Positions 62,334 through 64,000 of a stretch of DNA of 64,000 bases are shown in pieces; positions within the stretch are counted from its first letter, which is position 1; every line of letters begins with the position of its first letter. Both the position numbers and the translations under genes were made by a program. The stretch is from Macrostomum lignano (Eukaryota): assembly GCA_002269645.1 (NCBI GenBank), contig NIVC01001124.1:1-64000 (forward strand). The letters run 5' to 3'. The notes below the pieces were generated by a model. It was not told the origin of the DNA and searched no databases. It saw only the letters and a list, made by a program, of their open reading frames with translations.

Positions 62334-64000
62334 ACAATAACTACCTTGCCCGTTAACAATGAACTGAATAAAATATGTATTCCTGCTCTAATAGTTACCC
62401 CAATGCAATTCAATACTTTATTCATTTAACCCATACATAGGTCCATGTTTGTGGGCAGCTTGTGAAGAAGGTGCATGTTGTGCATTGAGAGAATGCACAC
62501 ACAAATCACCTCTTTACAAATTAACGCATTGATGTACTGCTATCAATTCTCCTATTGTCTGTTTCTTTATGGTCTCGTTCCCTTGAAGTTTCACTTTTGT
62601 CTATGTCCTATATCTTCCTGCAGGCATTCGTATATTCCAGAGCACCGCTCCCTTGTTTTGTTTCCCCCAAAAAATTGCTTGAGCCCTCAAGGCAAATCGA
62701 CGTCAAGAAAAGTGCTCAGCGTTCGCGCTGCTCTGATTCCTAGCAGAGAATCCACATTCTCCTGACGACTGTGCCCACATCAATGTATATACTTGAACCA
62801 TCTGAAAAGAGTTCCTAACCGAAAAAGTAACGGTATAGGAGCTTCGTGCCTATTTTAGCTCAAAAAAGTTAGAGCAGCTTATTTTTCTTAGTACAATTAC
62901 AAGATTTCTGATTAATTTGAAAGGATGAGAGGAAACAAGAGCATCATCCGCTATTCATAGCTCATAATTAATTTCTTTTTGTATATTTATATTGACTGAC
63001 GCTGGTGCAACAAAACTCGGGGGAATTTTTAGCTTTTGGAAATATTTGCAGAAAATATATATATTTTTCATATAATCTTTCCAATTTTTATAAATCTCTT
63101 TATTTACAGCAAAAAATCAATAAAGCAATACAACAGCTATGTAATACTAAAAGACGATCAGTCAATCTGTTTCTGATGAAAACTATCGCTATATTTTTGG
63201 ATTTTTATTTTCATTTTTAGATTTGATCAAAATTGTCCACACACAGACAGAGTTTTGACTTTTATAGGTAGAGATTAAAATAGGATTTTATCTTGATCAA
63301 AAGTTTGCATTTCCATAGTGTATTTTTCGCACAAATCCAGCCCAGTTTTTTTTTAAGAAACAATGATAAATCCTACTCTTCTGCTCAAGTCGTTCTAGTA
63401 TTTTTTTGAAAAAGATATGTAGTGGAAGTTCCACAAAAATATATAATTAATAGCTGAATATAATTTCTTTTAAAACACGTGATAACTCCGGACATTTTTA
63501 ACCTATAAAACAAAACTTTACACTTTACCGAAAATTTATATCATAAAGCTGCAAACAGTGAATAAGTAAGTTGCATTTAAAGCTTTAGATTTCAGATATT
63601 TGTTAAAAGTGTATTTTAAGATGCTAACTCAAACTTGTTTTCAAATGTGCAATAACGCAACAAGCGCTACTATGCTTGCAGCAGCAAGAACTAAGCCAGT
63701 AAGCAGCAGACCAATTTTTATCACACTCTAACTTCAGCTCTACTTATTTAAATTATTGAATCGCAGAAAACACTTACAATTTGCTTAGGGGCTAGTAACT
63801 CCAATTTATTGCTTGTGTATTGATAGGCCTAATCCATTTGCATTAACGTGATTTTTGCAATCTGTTAAGTTAGGTCATAATTAAACACAACACAAATTTA
63901 AGCTTTAAAGGTTTAAATGTAAGGATTTCATCTGCTTGCTTGAGGCTGGTAAAGAAGAATATTTTGTAGTATTTTCCTTTAATTACAATATTTTTCATAT

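Overview
GC-rich exons separated by minisatellite-filled GT-AG introns show this is an animal genomic window, not prokaryotic. The style resembles the flatworm Macrostomum, but that is inference only. Six host genes can be reconstructed: (1) a frameshifted SUMF1/formylglycine-generating enzyme (+, ~0.8-3.3 kb); (2) an intact 12-exon ABCB1/P-glycoprotein (+, 8420-23122, ~1331 aa); (3) canonical Rab7 (-); (4) a tandem divergent Rab7-like paralog (-); (5) a 5-exon M3/oligopeptidase-A-like gene (-) that has lost its HExxH zinc motif; (6) a 2-exon secreted IL-17-like cystine-knot gene (-, 53266-54554). About 20 of 22 introns carry their own tandem repeat. The right third is a transposon stack. An RTE-like LINE there is interrupted by a deleted Gypsy element, a 53-bp TIR element and a solo LTR. 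A second Gypsy pol is split by a Penelope-like (Neptune-type) RT/GIY-YIG element that carries a minimal hammerhead ribozyme. tRNA-derived SINEs and hAT-type MITEs are also present. Top candidates for follow-up are the M3 pseudo-peptidase, the IL-17-like gene with a paired cysteine loss, the hammerhead-bearing Penelope element, the divergent Rab7 duplicate and the one-minisatellite-per-intron architecture. All family assignments come from recognising motifs by eye; no searches were run.
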